The notes under the pieces: generated by a model | Seen by the model: only the letters and a program-made list of their open reading frames with translations | The model's database searches: none | What the model was told of the DNA's origin: nothing | Made by a program: the position numbers and the translations under genes | DNA from: Ostrea edulis | Taxonomy: Eukaryota | Assembly (NCBI RefSeq): GCF_947568905.1 | Contig: NC_079170.1 | Coordinates: forward strand, 71,920,001-71,984,000 | Reading direction: 5' to 3' | DNA length: 64,000 bases | Shown: piece after piece, positions 26,501 to 41,100 of the stretch | Numbering within the stretch: position 1 is the first letter of the stretch | How the letters are laid out: every line of letters starts with the position of its first letter

Positions 26501-29129
26501 TCAAGGGATTTCTGTTTCTGGACTGGCATATTGAAATTCTCCGTGTCCGCTGTGATAACACACTGAAATTCCTGTTCCACGTAGTCTAATTTTATCTTGG
26601 CATTTTCTCCCGCTAAATATTTCACCACACTGGGCCGTTCCATCTGTTGGCTCACCCTCACGATTCCCTGGATCACCGACATCACCTGTTCCTCCACCTC
26701 TAGTAGCCCGGTCTCCACGGCAGTCACACATACAGCAGACGGCGTGCACACTATCTGCGCGTGGAACTGATCGCCGAGACGGGACTCGATATATTTCAAG
26801 TCATCCATGCAGAACAGCTTTATGTACCGTATCATGGCCGCCGGAATGCAGAGTGATTCTCCAACCATGATGTTTTTAGCAAGGAAGTTATCAATCAACT
26901 CCAGCACGTTTCTCTCTACCTCTGTCACCATTAACGTTGTGATAATCAAGTTTTCTGCATCAGGAATGACCTTGACCAAATCATTATATTCACCTTGAAT
27001 CTTTTTCATCTCAGATCTGAACTTGTCTGACATAAGAAGTGGTTTGTCAACCTTTGTCACTTTTCTTGGAGTCTCGACTACGAAGCCCTTAATAAATTGT
27101 GCCGTCTTCACTGCCTGTTCATCAGACTCTGCATTGACCTCGATGTACCAATCTTTTCTGATCTCATACAGTCCCTTGAGACACTTCTCTTTCATTTTTT
27201 CAGCTAAGTAGCCACGAATTTTGGGAGACTCTAAGAATTCCAGCCTGTACCTGGAGAATGGCCCTACAGGGACCCTACTTCTTCTGTGCAAAAGTTCCAA
27301 CATCGCACATTTAGCCCTGTAAACATCGGTAGGAAACCCAGTAAAATTTACTCTCAGGCTCTGCTCATCGATACCAATTTGGCAGCGTGGATATTCCTTT
27401 TGGCTTTTGTCACAGAATTCTACTTCCTCTAAAATCTTGATGTTCAATGGTTTTGATATTTGGAACACCTCTGTAATTTCATTTTTGATTTTTTCTAAAT
27501 TTTCATTGGCTCGTTTGATAAAATTTCGGAGTTTATCCACTACCACAGTAACACTGTCTTTCCACCCTATAACCTTGACTTCCAAAGAATCAGCCTGTGA
27601 CAGAATGACAATTGACCCCTCAGCCTCATTTTCAAATTTCTCCTTCATTCCGTCGACCTCTGTCCACACCTCCTTTAGAGGATTTAAAGTTTCCACCACT
27701 ATGCTGCTAAAAAATGATTCCGCCTCCTTGGTGACCTTTTTCTTCCATTTCTTTGATTTTTGCCTACAATCTGGAACATCAAACGCCAGACTTGAGGACA
27801 ACAAAAGACCGCCCCCTGTCTGGATCTCTGCACTTGCATGAAGTGGCTCTAACTCTGATCTTAATTTATCCAGTGCCTTAGAAGACTTTTCAAGGAAGAT
27901 GAACTTTTCCACGTCCTTTGGGTCAAAGATGAAGCTTTGAGGAGGGGTGAAGGTCATTTGGAGTCGGGAGTTTCGAGAGGCCCCTAGACATTCATAGTAT
28001 AGAAGGACCTCTAGTTCCTGTCCATCGACACAATGGTATCGGCTACATACATCTCCAGCAGCTGTTCATAAAGTGACAAAAATTATCATAATTTGAAATG
28101 CAGACAGTATTAAAATTGTATATACAGATTCATCTAAAAATCTTGTTCACGTCTTTCATATCATTCCATCTCCTCATCACAATAATCACCCATAACCGCC
28201 AATCCCCATCAATCCATTATTACAGATTTTTTTTTCTGTGGGTGTATACTTTCAGTGATTTTTTTTACTTTTTCCATAAGGGGCTGGACCTTCACAATTG
28301 GGAAAAATCATTGATATTTTTATCAAATTGGGAAAAATCAAGAACATTGTAATTAACATTGATTGATGTGTAAAGTACAATATATATATATATTATTACA
28401 TAAGTAATTTTAAGAAAATATAAGTAATTTTATTTCTACATAAATTGTAAGTTTCTCTTTCTTAACACTTTCAGTTATTTTCTCTACATTTTCCTATAGT
28501 AGGTCTTTGTTTTAAGTGACAAAAGCACATTAAAGTATGTCATACATGAAAAATTCAACTGAACAAAAACAAAAAGGCAACTTCAATTGGTTAAATTGGG
28601 AGTTTTTTTTAGAGGGGAAGGGACCTGTATATGAACCTAAATTGGTTGTAGAAAAATCACCAACTTTGGTGACTTTCAAGTGCATAGCTATAACAATAAT
28701 TTCAGTGGAATAAATTTTGTGGGCATGGAGTAATTGATAAACAGTGTAGTGTTAGTTCCTTATTTGTAACACCTTTTACTACCATCAGAAACAACCAACA
28801 TTAAAAGCAAGAGGCTCATGGACCACATCGCTCACCTGCGTCACCTTGGCCCATATCTAAAGATGTTCCCTACATATTCCCACATAAAACTTTGATCCCT
28901 ATTGTGGCCCCAACCTACCCCCAAGGGCCATGATTTTTACAAACCTGAATCTGCACTGTCAAGAAGCTTTCATGTAAATGTCAGCTCTTCTGGCCCAGTG
29001 GTTCTTGAGAAGAAGATTTTTAAATGACCCCACCCTATTTTTGCATTTTAGTGATTATCTCCCCTTTGAAGGAGGCATGGTCCTTCCTTTGAACACACTT
29101 GAATCTCCTTCACCCAAGGATAATTTGTA

Positions 29130-29167
<38 letters not shown>

Positions 29168-32100
29168 AAAGTCAAAAGTATGAAAAGTTTACAGACGGAC
29201 GGACAGATGACGGACAATGGGTGATCAGAAAAGCTCAGGTGAGCTAAAACCTCAGTTCTTTATTTATCTTCCAAGCTAAATAGTGCTACACATACCTTTG
29301 ACCAAAAAAAGTTATCTTTCTTGCAAAAATACATCTCATGATTGAAGGCACGTTTGGGTGCAAATTTAGCCTTTAAAAATTTTGCTGTATGTTACCAAAC
29401 AACAAAAAATAAGCCAAAATGATCATCCCCCAGAAATAATTCCCTATACAGTACCGCGCCTTCCCTACTTCCTCACCCAAACCAGCCCAGGCTAGGATTT
29501 CTCGAAAAAATCTCAAATCAAACTTAAGTTTCAGTTGTATTTTATTTGAGCATTCAAAATTTGAGCAAAATCTCAGACTTAAATTCAAGTTTCGGCTTAA
29601 GTTTCTTACGAGAAATCCAGGCCAGTTCACTGTCACGATTATTGATCTATTTTCATCCTCACTAGTTCACAGCGAAAGTAGAATAATCAATGAACTTCGT
29701 AGTCTTTCCACCAATAGTACAAGATGTGTTAACAAATACATCACCTTCGGAATCAGAAAACCAAATGAGGAAAGAGTCTTCCCCCTGCTTCATAATTCTG
29801 TTAATTTTCCCGCCATTCACACGGTACTGGAAATGCATGCTTAAGCAATCCTCAGTTGTTGTGTCGAGGATGTTTCTAACCAGGATGCTCCTGGTGACCT
29901 TGACATTTTCCACAGTCAGATGTTTCCCATCAAGCGTTTTTGCTCTACACATATCTTGAAGTTTCTGTATATCTGTTGTCATCAAAACAAAAACATCAAG
30001 ATACAATACACAAAGCACATATGAAATGAAAACAGGTACAATTCATTGCATTGGCGGACCCAGGGGGGGGGTCTATGTAGTTTTCTAAACATTATAATGC
30101 TAATTTGTAGGCAATTATTTTTTCATCTACAAATTAATATTACAAGTTTCTTATTAAGTAGCACTGAATGATACATGTATTCAATTTTATTGATTCATTG
30201 GATATGATCTAGTGCAGTTTCTAGATCATCCCACTGGACCACCACCCCCTTCCAAATTGCTGGATCCGCCTCTACATTGACGCTGTAAACAATGATAAAA
30301 TTCACATAAATAAATTTCATCTACACTTCAAGAGGTGAATTAATTGTGTCCTGAAATTTGTTGGTTCTATAGTCTTGTTTTTTCCATGACTTAATCAATA
30401 AAGATGAATTAAACTAAAGGCTACACAAGTTTGATTACCACACATAAATAAAATACACCACTTCATAAACCATCTAATGATATTTCTGAGAAAAATTCAA
30501 GTCCTTCATAGTTACTTTATGATAAATTGTTCATACCTATGTCTGATGCAAAAGTAGCGACGGCTCTGGAGTTGTCCTCGCCCCGTACGGTGTCGATGAC
30601 CCGGACATTAGCACGGTTGGACAAATAGTTCTCCAAACCATCTTGTGTTGTCTTGGGATCAATTCCTAAATCATATACCATGTGTACATGTAAAATCAGG
30701 ATTAGGATTAGCTTAAAACTTCCTAAATCAAATACCATGTGTACATGTAAAATCAGGATTAAGATTAGCTTAAAACTTCCTAAATCATATACCATGTGTA
30801 CATGTAAAATCAGGATTAGGATTAGCTTAAAACTTCCTAAATCATATACCATGTGTACATGTAAAATCAGGATTAAGATTAGCTTAAAACTTCCTAAATT
30901 AAATACCATGTGTACATGTAAAATCAGGATTAAGATTAGCTTAAAACTTCCTAAATTAAATACCATGTGTACATGTAAAATCAGGATTAGGATTAGCTTA
31001 AAACTTCCTAAATCAAATACCATGTGTACATGTAAAATCAGGATTAAGATTAGCTTAAAACTTCCTAAATCATATACCATGTGTACATGTAAAATCAGGA
31101 TTAGGATTAGCTTAAAACTTCCTAAATCATATACCATGTGTACATGTAAAATCAGGATTAAGATTAGCTTAAAACTTCCTAAATTAAATACCATGTGTAC
31201 ATGTAAAATCAGGATTAAGATTAGCTTAAAACTTCCTAAATTAAATACCATGTGTACATGTAAAATCAGGATTAAGATTAGCTTAAAACTTCCTAAATCA
31301 TATACCATGTGTACATGTAAAATCAGGATTAAGATTAGCTTAAAACTTCCTAAATCAAATACCATGTGTACATGTAAAATCAGGATTAAGATTAGCTTAA
31401 AACTTTCTAAATCAAATACCATGTGTACATGTAAAATCAGGATTAGGATTAGCTTAAAACTTCCTAAATTAAATACCATGTGTACATGTAAAATCAGGAT
31501 TAAGATTAGCTTAAAATTTCCTAAATCATATACCATGTGTACATGTAAAATCAGGATTAAGATTAGCTTAAAACTTTCTAAATCAAATACCATGTGTACA
31601 TGTAAAATCAGGATTAAGATTAGGGCTATTCCAGAAATAAATACATGGGGGGGGGGGGGGGGGGGGGGGTCGGGAGGCACCTTTTGTATATACCAAGCAC
31701 CCATAAAAAAAAATAAAAAATTACCCCATGACCCATCAAATTAATAAACTCATTTTACAATGACCCATCTAATAAAAAAAAAAAACTAACCAGACCCACC
31801 ACAAAAATATTTTTAAAAATGAAAACGGTACAAATCTCGAGACATTTTCGGGACAAACATTCTATTTCTAGTCAATGACGCAGTAATGCCTGTGCGACAT
31901 TGTATCACATTAGTTCTGAAGAAACGATGTCACATCAACAATCAAAGGCATCTATGGCGGAAATGTTGGAAAGATTGGGAGTCCAAACGATGCTATTATC
32001 ATGAAATGGGTATGGATATGTTTTTCCACGAATCGTTCGTCTTCTAATGGAGCCCGCGCCGCACCCAGAGGCCTCTATATCACCACCACACCGACTGATA

Positions 32101-35100
32101 AATATAACGCATCGGTACCCTCGTATAAATCAACTAAGGTTTGCCTATTTTTATTAGAAAACGGAATACCTATTGGTTTCAAAATATTCCCAAAATCGAT
32201 GCACTGTAAACTGTAATAATCTACAGAACAGAGTTCGCCGCCATCACGTCCAAAGGGACCCTACTAAACGCGCCTCTAATTTGAAGAGTGCCGTAATGGA
32301 AAGTTATGCGCTGCAAAGAGCGACAACTCGAATAGTTCTATGTTACTTCCGATTTCCGATTTCGAAAGCAGCATTTAGAAAGCACGTTTTCAATTTTCCC
32401 TCCGACGTTTTGTAACCAACACGACAAGAGCGACAATAAAAATATTCTGAAAACTCAACACCCACGTGGCACAAAATAAAACAATAGAAACTACCCACTA
32501 CCCATAATAAATATTTTTTTAACAGTCCAACCACGGACCAATTAAAATATGAAAAAATACGACCACCCATACAAAAAAATATCGTTTACCGCCCGACCCC
32601 CCCATTTGACCATTTCTGGAACAGCCCTTAGCTTAAAACTTCCTAAATCAAATACCATGTGTACATGTAAAATCAGAATTAAGTTGAGCCTGAAACTTCT
32701 GATTTTTCAATCAAAGTCTGTGTTTAAATAATGTGGAAGATAAAGAGAAAGTGGCATCTGTTTTTCGAACACATCAACTTAAAAAATACTACAAAGTTAA
32801 CAGATTTCTTTACACACAAGTAGTATCTATAGATTTGAAAAGTCTTGGACTAGGAAAAGTATATAGAATTTTTGCAACAGGATAAAACAGCAAATATAGA
32901 AACATAAATAATTTCTACATATCAATAAAATTTTAGGGTGAAGGCCTATTTTTGTGAGAAATAAAAATGCCTTAATCATCAATAAATTAAGCAGTTAATA
33001 AATACATATGTACATGTAAAATGAGGATTAAGATCACCCTTAAAAATGAGTCCCTCATGTTTAGTATCTGAATATATCTATAACTTACAACTGTAAATGG
33101 AGATGGTGATCAGAAAGAGCTTTATTTGTGTATTTTAAAATAAACAAGATGTACTGTGAGCAATGCTCACTAAGAATACCCCCTGCTTACCCCAATCTCC
33201 CAAAGGGTGTTGTTAATAGGTATAAATTACCTCTTTCCTAAGTGTAAAAATATGGTATGCCTTTGTAGAGGAAAATGGAAGATATAGTCCGAACACAAAT
33301 CCATGGCATAAACCTATAATTTTGACCTTGAGATCAAAGGTCAAGGTCATAAAGAGGTCATGAATGTACATGACACATAGTCTCATGGTGATACACCCAT
33401 GTCTTATGGTATGACTATGTCAAAACCCTATAATCAATTTTGACCTTGAGGTCAAAGTTCAAGGTCATATAGAAGTCATGAAGGTACTCGACATATCGTC
33501 TCATGGTGATACACTCATGTGTCAAATATGATATGCCTATGTCAAAGAACAAAGAAGTCATGGCCCTGACACGAATCCATTGTAAAAACCTTTAATTTTG
33601 ATCTTGAGGTCAAGGTCATATGGAGGTCATGAAGGTACATGACACATCGTCTCATGGTGATACACTCATGTGTCAAATATGATATGTCAAAGAACAAAGA
33701 AGTCATGGCCCTGACACGAATCCATTGTAAAAACCTTTAATTTTGATCTTGAGGTCAAGGTCATATGGAGGTCATGAAGGTACATGACACATCGTCTCAT
33801 GGTGATACACTCATGTGTCAAATATGGTATGCCTATGTCAAAGAACAAAGAAGTTATGGCCCGGACACGAATCTGCACAGACAGACAGACGGACGGACAG
33901 ACAGACAGAGTGATTCATATATACCCCCCAGAACTTCATTCGGGGGGTATAATGAAAGTTTGAGAAATGACATATAATTTATTTCCTACCGACCTACAAG
34001 TTGCCAATAAAGCACATGTAAAATTGTTACCAGAATTACTCCTGACATGCTGTAAAACCAATATTTTATTTGCCTGCTAGAAAAATTCAGTGGTAAACCA
34101 CTAGCTTGCAAATATTTACTTCACCAACCAGTCACGGTGTTGATGCATGAAGGGTACAGATACTTGGCTCAATCATACCTTGTGGAAACAAGTTTTACAA
34201 ATATTGAGTTTATGTACTGTATAATGCGATATTACTGACAATAAACTATGCATGAAGTTTTCTCACCAGAAACGAACGCTTTATTTCTATAAAACGTAGG
34301 TTGTGTGGGGTGTCGTCTCCGAACGCACTCCTTGACCTCTAATTTGACCCCTTCCAACATGTGATCTTCCTTTCCCAAAACTCTATCTGCCACTAAAATT
34401 AACAATAGAAACAAAACATAAATTATAATCTGAATGCTCCTTGTCACTCAATTATCTCTTACATTGAATACAATAAAACATGGTTATAGTAATCCTCCAA
34501 GGCCAGTTCATTACAACCAAACTTCATTATACAGTAAAACACCATAATAGTGAATATCCAGGGCCAGTCAAAAACAAACAGTTTATTACAACCAAACTTC
34601 ATTATACAGTAAAACATGGTTATAGCAAACCTCCAGGGCCAGTGAAAAACAGTTCAATACAACCAAACTTCATTATATCTGATAAAAAATTTACGATATT
34701 TTTCCCTCATAGGGGAATAAATATCACTTTACAATAAGCATGAATTCGCTATAAGCATGTTCATTATAAGTGTGTTTTACTGTAGTTGGTTTCAAACACG
34801 AAATTTGCAATTATCCGTATTCACTAAAACTTCTAATGATAGAGCAAGTCAAGGAAATATCTCATGAATATAAACCTTCATCAATGAATACTTCCTTTTA
34901 CCTAAGCCTTTGTTACAATAGAAATACAGCTAAACCTCAGTATCTCGAAGTCAGGTAGACCCAAGAACCCGATCTAAAAACGGGACATGAACAGTTGAAA
35001 GAGAACGAGAAGAACTAGGTTGGAAAATTGGAGGGAGGCACAGGTTAACGCTAGTGCCAGGTAAAGCGGCGAGATTTGTTGTACGACCTCAAGCACCCTC

Positions 35101-38100
35101 CGGAGCACAGAGAAGTTAAGGATGTCAGTATCTCCGAGTCTGGGGTACCACAATTAAGGTGGTTCATCACACTAAAATGTTATTTAATGTTTAAGCACTT
35201 CGTATGAAGCATGGTTTCAGCATCAAAAGAGTGATACAAGCTCTCAATTATTTTATAGGTCTGTAATTTTTGGTGATTTTTTTCCAGAATGATAAAAAAA
35301 GGTGTTTTGTTTGCAAATAAGATATTCTACAGTCCACATTTTGCTGTGATTTGATCATACATGATATGAATATTTAATAAAACATGGTGTAATGAGCTAC
35401 CTTAAGTTTTGAGATGTCTGGAGGTTCGACATAGTGAGAGTCAGACTTAGAATTTGATAAACTTTTATTTTGATGCTTTGGTTTAACATTGTAACATAGG
35501 TCAACACATTTTGTTTCTGCTTGTAACTGTATTTTGATGCTTTGGTTTAACATTGTAACATAGGTCAACACATTTTGTTTCTGCTTGTAACTGTATTTTG
35601 ATGCTTTGGTTTAACATTGTAACATAGGTCAACACATTTTGTTTCTGCTTGTAACTGTATTTTGATGCTTTGGTTTAACATTGTAACATAGGTCAACACA
35701 TTTTGTTTCTGCTTGTTTTGTCATCAATGCAGTTTGTTCAGTAATAAAACATTAAACTTTTTAATTTTTATTTCATTCTTTAAAACTTTTATTGGATTAT
35801 ACAATTCAGTTTTTTAAATTGTAATATATTGTAGATTTATGCTTCACTTTGATATTTAAGTTTTCCACATTGATATGCACAATCTGTGCGAGCGGGTGTA
35901 TTTAACACTGCATTACAAGGTAAACGAACCCAAGCTACAAAACAATTAACGTGTCATTGTCTAGTCTGCATTGATTTCATACGCGTTAAAGTTAGCTTAC
36001 GTAATTAAAATCTAAATAGGTCACAAAGTCAACAGCTTTAGGAGGAAGGATACAACATCAAAAGGCTGACTTCCTTTTGAAACAATATACATGTAAATAT
36101 CAGCAATACATGTATATTACTTTCTATTTAATCGTCTGCTGGGTAGCTGGGTAGGTTTACGTGACGACTGATGATCTGTAGTTTGTGCGTTCGAGTCTAG
36201 CAGGGATTTTAATTTTCTCAGATTACTTTCTACTAAAACTGCATTTTTAAACTTCATGAGGTAAATTTGAAACTTTTCAATTTCAAAATCTTATTGTACA
36301 TATCCTCCACTATCCATCCATATCAGATTTTTCTGGTGTAGCATTCCTCCTTAGGCCATGGTTTTTCTGGTGTAGTATTCCTCCTTAAGCCACGGTTTTT
36401 CTGGTGTAGCATTCCTCCTTAAGCCATGGTTTTTCTGGTGTAGCATTCCTCCTTAATCCACAGTTTTTCTGGTGTAGTATTCCTCCTTAAGCCACGGTTT
36501 TTCTGGTGTAGCATTCGATCCTCCTTAAGCCACAGTCTTTCTGGTGTAGTATTCCTCCTTAAGCCACAGTTTTTCTGGTGTAGTATTCCTCCTTAAGCCA
36601 CGGTTTTTCTGGTGTAGCATTCGATCCTCCTTAAGCCACAGTCTTTCTGGTGTAGTATTCCTCCTTAAGCCACAGTTTTTCTGGTGTAGTATTCCTCCTT
36701 AAGCCACGGTTTTTCTGGTGTAGCATTCGATCCTCCTTAAGCCATGGTTTTTCTGGTGTAGTATTCCTCCTTAAGCCACGGTTTTTCTGGTGTAGCATTC
36801 CTCCTTAAGTCATGGTTATCAATTGATCTTGAGTACACCTGAACCCCTTACATGATGGACAAAGGTGTTCACCTGCGAGATGTGATCAGTGGAGCAGGGA
36901 ATTGAAGCCATACCCAGACCCTAAATGTCCTGCTCATTAGAGTGGCATATTATCCTAACTGAGGAAGTGCGGGTGATTTTAATGCATGATTCCATGATAA
37001 CTGGGGTATTCGAGATACTGGGGTTTATTTCAATCATTTATACAGTGAATTTCGTCGGTACCGGGGTTTATTTCAATCATTTATACAGTGAATTTCATCG
37101 GTACCGGGGTTTATTTCAATCATTTATACAGTGAATTTCGTCGGTACCGGGGTTTATTTCAATCATTTATACAGTGAATTCCGTCGGTACCGGGGTTTAT
37201 TTCAATCATTTATACAATGAATTTCGTCGGTACTGGGGTTTATTTCAATCATTGATACAGTGAATTTCGTCGGTACTGTGCAGTTACTTTGAAATACCCA
37301 GGGTAATTAAGATAGGAGTGTTCGAGATATTGAAGAGCAGCTGCGTACCAATTTTCAAACTATTCAAATTCGTCTATCAATTTTTTTTTAGCTAAATCAA
37401 GAAACATCCATTACAAAAAATGAATGCAATATTTCAATTGTCTTGGTCAATATCTAAATAGTGACTTCATGCACGACTTACCTTCTCTGTCCTTGAACTT
37501 CACATAAGCCACGCTTCTGTCACTCTCCACTATAATCGGCAGACAGACACTCTCAGCCTTCCCTCCACTCTTATCATTCTCAAAGTAGTCCTCCAGAGTT
37601 TCCCCCCTTGTCTCCGGTTTGAACCCACTGACCTCTAGGGTCACCATCAGTTCCGGTTCAGCAAGTCCACTGAGACTGAGTTTACTGTCATCCATTGAGG
37701 AATACGGCTCCACTTTAATGTAGTGCGTTTTAAATAACAAGGGCTTGTTCTCCAGTAATCGCTCCACGCCTGAAAGTAGTCAAAATTAGATAATATACGG
37801 TAGATTCCTAAATATATGCGAGGAATTTATCATCGTGTATTTTCACGAGAAGCATCACTCACGAAATAAAACTATTTGCTTTCATTTTTCTGTCATTAAA
37901 ATACATGCAAGAACTCTTGATTAACAGACTGCACAGGAATTCATGTTCACGCGATTTGACATATACGAGTTATTTTGCCATATTAAGTACCCACATAAAA
38001 TAATCTACAGTAGTTTACACAGCTTAATGTGCTTTCAGGAGTTAAAACTGTATTCTTCAAGAAAATGACCTCATTTTTATTCTTTTTTAGAGTTGTGCAT

Positions 38101-41100
38101 TTAAACTAAATCCAACACACCATGAAGTGTGCTGCTACTCCGAAGGAACCGTTCAGTTTTCGACTAGAATCATTCCTTTTCCCCACACCAAACCGTTTTG
38201 TTCAGCATTCTGTTACTAGGCCAAAGTGTTCCATTTCCAGAATGTGTTCCGTTTCCTGAACAAAGTGTTCTGTTTCCAGAACAAAAGTGTTATATTCTCA
38301 GAACAAAGTGTTCCGTTTCCAGAACTTGTCGCTTGGTGCTTGGTCGGAGTGGAAAAAGAAAGAACAAGAAATTTGTGCAGTGGGGGATTTTTTCTGCATC
38401 AGTAGCAATTTCAAAGTAAATGCATAGATGAAGTGCAATTAAATCTTAAAGTGATATAAAATGTACATGTTTTGGTGAAATTTGTTGGAAAATTGAAATA
38501 AATTTATCATTCACTTGTTATCATCAAACTGTTGCCGTCTTAAAGAGTGCGGGTGTGAATTGAGAAACTATGAGTTGCTAGAGCAACGACATACTACACC
38601 GAGTACAGGTGTACTACCCCATAAATATAGTATGCATGCCTCAGGTGTACTACCCTATCAATATGGTATCCATGCCTAGGTGTATTACCCTATAATTATG
38701 GTATCCATGCCTCAGGTGAAATTCCCTATATATATGGTATCCATGCCTAGGTGTACTACCCTATAAACATAGTATCCAGGCCTCAGGTGAAATTCCCTTC
38801 CGCGATATCTCTAGCTGCATCTTCAAAGTCCTCAAGTGTCAAAACGGGGCTTACCTAAGAACATGTGCGGAATGGATGCTACTACATGTACATAAATTAT
38901 GTCACCATGAATAATGAAACAATACGAGCATTTCACCGCAAGGTAAGGCGTGTCATTTTTGTCACCATTATTCGGTGTTATTTTCCATTTTTTTTAAACC
39001 TTTACAGATGATATTTTATTTCAAATATCTAATTTTTTTTTAAATGCATGCATCGTGATAAATGCAAAATCGTCATCCACATCATGCATTGATCTGTCAA
39101 TAAATTTTTACTTTAATTAACAGGACACTTTTCAGACTAAAAATGTATGAAAGAACAGGCAATCCTACATGTAAAAAATTAATGCACTTGAGCTTATATG
39201 TTATATAGTTACCAGCCATTAATTAAACTACCAAGAAACCCCCTCTCTCTTTTCTAATCATAATGTCTGTAAAAAGTGCTGAAAGAGTCTGAAAAGCAGA
39301 ATTTGAAATTGAAGGCAAACCATTCTATCTAATGCTGATGCACTCTGTTCTCCTACTAAACCGTTCATCTATCTTTAAGCAGTCCGTTCTTCAAGAGAAC
39401 TCTTCTGTTCTTGCTGACAACCATTAAATCAAAACCATTCAGTGTTCATTGCCCAATCAAAACCATTCAGTGTTCATTGCCCAATCAAAACCATTCATTA
39501 CCAAACCGTTCAGCATTCATTGGCTGTTCCACTGTTGTAGTAGTACATCAGGGCCTGAAGTATTCTATTTACTTACTTCTGTGGTCCTGGAAATTGATAA
39601 TTGCCTCCCCTGTCTGGCTGGTCAAGGTCACATCTTTGACTGGTCCCCCTCCATGTTCTTGCTTTCTCTCAAAATACTCCTTCAGTTCCTCCTCAAGGGC
39701 ATCAGGGGGCAGATTACTGACCTTTATAGAATGGGTGTAACCGTGATCTGTAAAGGGTTCAGTAAATTAATAAACATGCATCGTCAGAGCTGTTCTGAGC
39801 AAAAAGGGCCCTGCAGTAATTCTAGTGCTACATATGAAAATATGTAGTATAGAGACGAATCCCTCAAAATATTAGAGCAATATTGATTGTCGTCAAGATA
39901 ATACAGCCCATCAAAAATGACAACTTACTGGTGATTGGTAAACATGACGTCTTTCTTTACAAGTATGCAAGAAGGAAAAAAAACGATGTTGCAATTTTTC
40001 ATTGCGACATTTTAAAACATTGTTGGATAAGGGTCTTTTTGCTAGGAACTACACTAATTTTGTCTTCCGAGATGCACTATAGATGTACATGTATCATAAA
40101 AGACAATCGTTAAAGCTAAAATTGTCATGAATTGAATATTATTAAAGGAATAGAAGTATGGGTTTTTTTTTATTAAGCTATGTGAATTAAAAACTTTATG
40201 CAAATTATTCTACTTGACTCAATCAAATGAAAAATAATAAAACAAATTTCCTATTGATTTATGTATTCACCTGGTATAATAATAAACAAAATTTTGGTCT
40301 GCTTTCCAAACATTAAAATATACTGTTTACTACAGCATATACCTTTAACTATGTTCAAACACTCCCAAAGCCTTGCACATCTTCTGAAATCTAGAAAGAT
40401 TGTGCATTATAGGAAAGTGTTTTAGGGTTTGATCTGTCCAGACTGTGCATTATAGAAAAGTGTTTTAGGGTTTGATCTGTCCCAGATTGAAACTGAGATC
40501 CCTGTCAGCCAATGTTCCCATGAAGGAGTCACACAGAGTTCAGATTTTCCAGCTTGGTCCTAACACACAGCTTGGTCCTACCACACATCTAACACACAGC
40601 TTAATCATACCACACATCTAACACACAGCTTAATCATACCACACATCTAACACACAGCTTAATCATACCACACATCTAACACACAGCTTAATCATACCAC
40701 ACATCTAACACACAGCTTGGTCATACCACACATCTAACACACAGCTTAATCATACCACACATCTAACACACAGCTTGGTCATACCACACATCTAACACAC
40801 AGCTTGGTCATACCACACATCTAACACACAGCTTGGTCATACCACACATCTAACACACAGCTTGATTATACCACACATCTAACACACAGCTTAATCATAC
40901 CACACATCTAACACACAGCTTGATCCTACCACACATCTAACACACAGCTTGGTCCTACCACACATCTAACACACAGCTTGGTCATACCACACATCTAACA
41001 CACAGCTTAATCATACCACACATCTAACACACAGCTTAATCATACCACACATCTAACACACAGCTTGGTCATACCACACATCTAACACACAGCTTGGTCA

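Noticed and set aside
30653-31744. 363-aa plus-strand ORF (KSYTMCTCKIRIKISLKLP)n with CxC motifs
   Set aside because: Simply the opposite strand of the stop-free 57-bp intronic array; no unique domain or gene structure.
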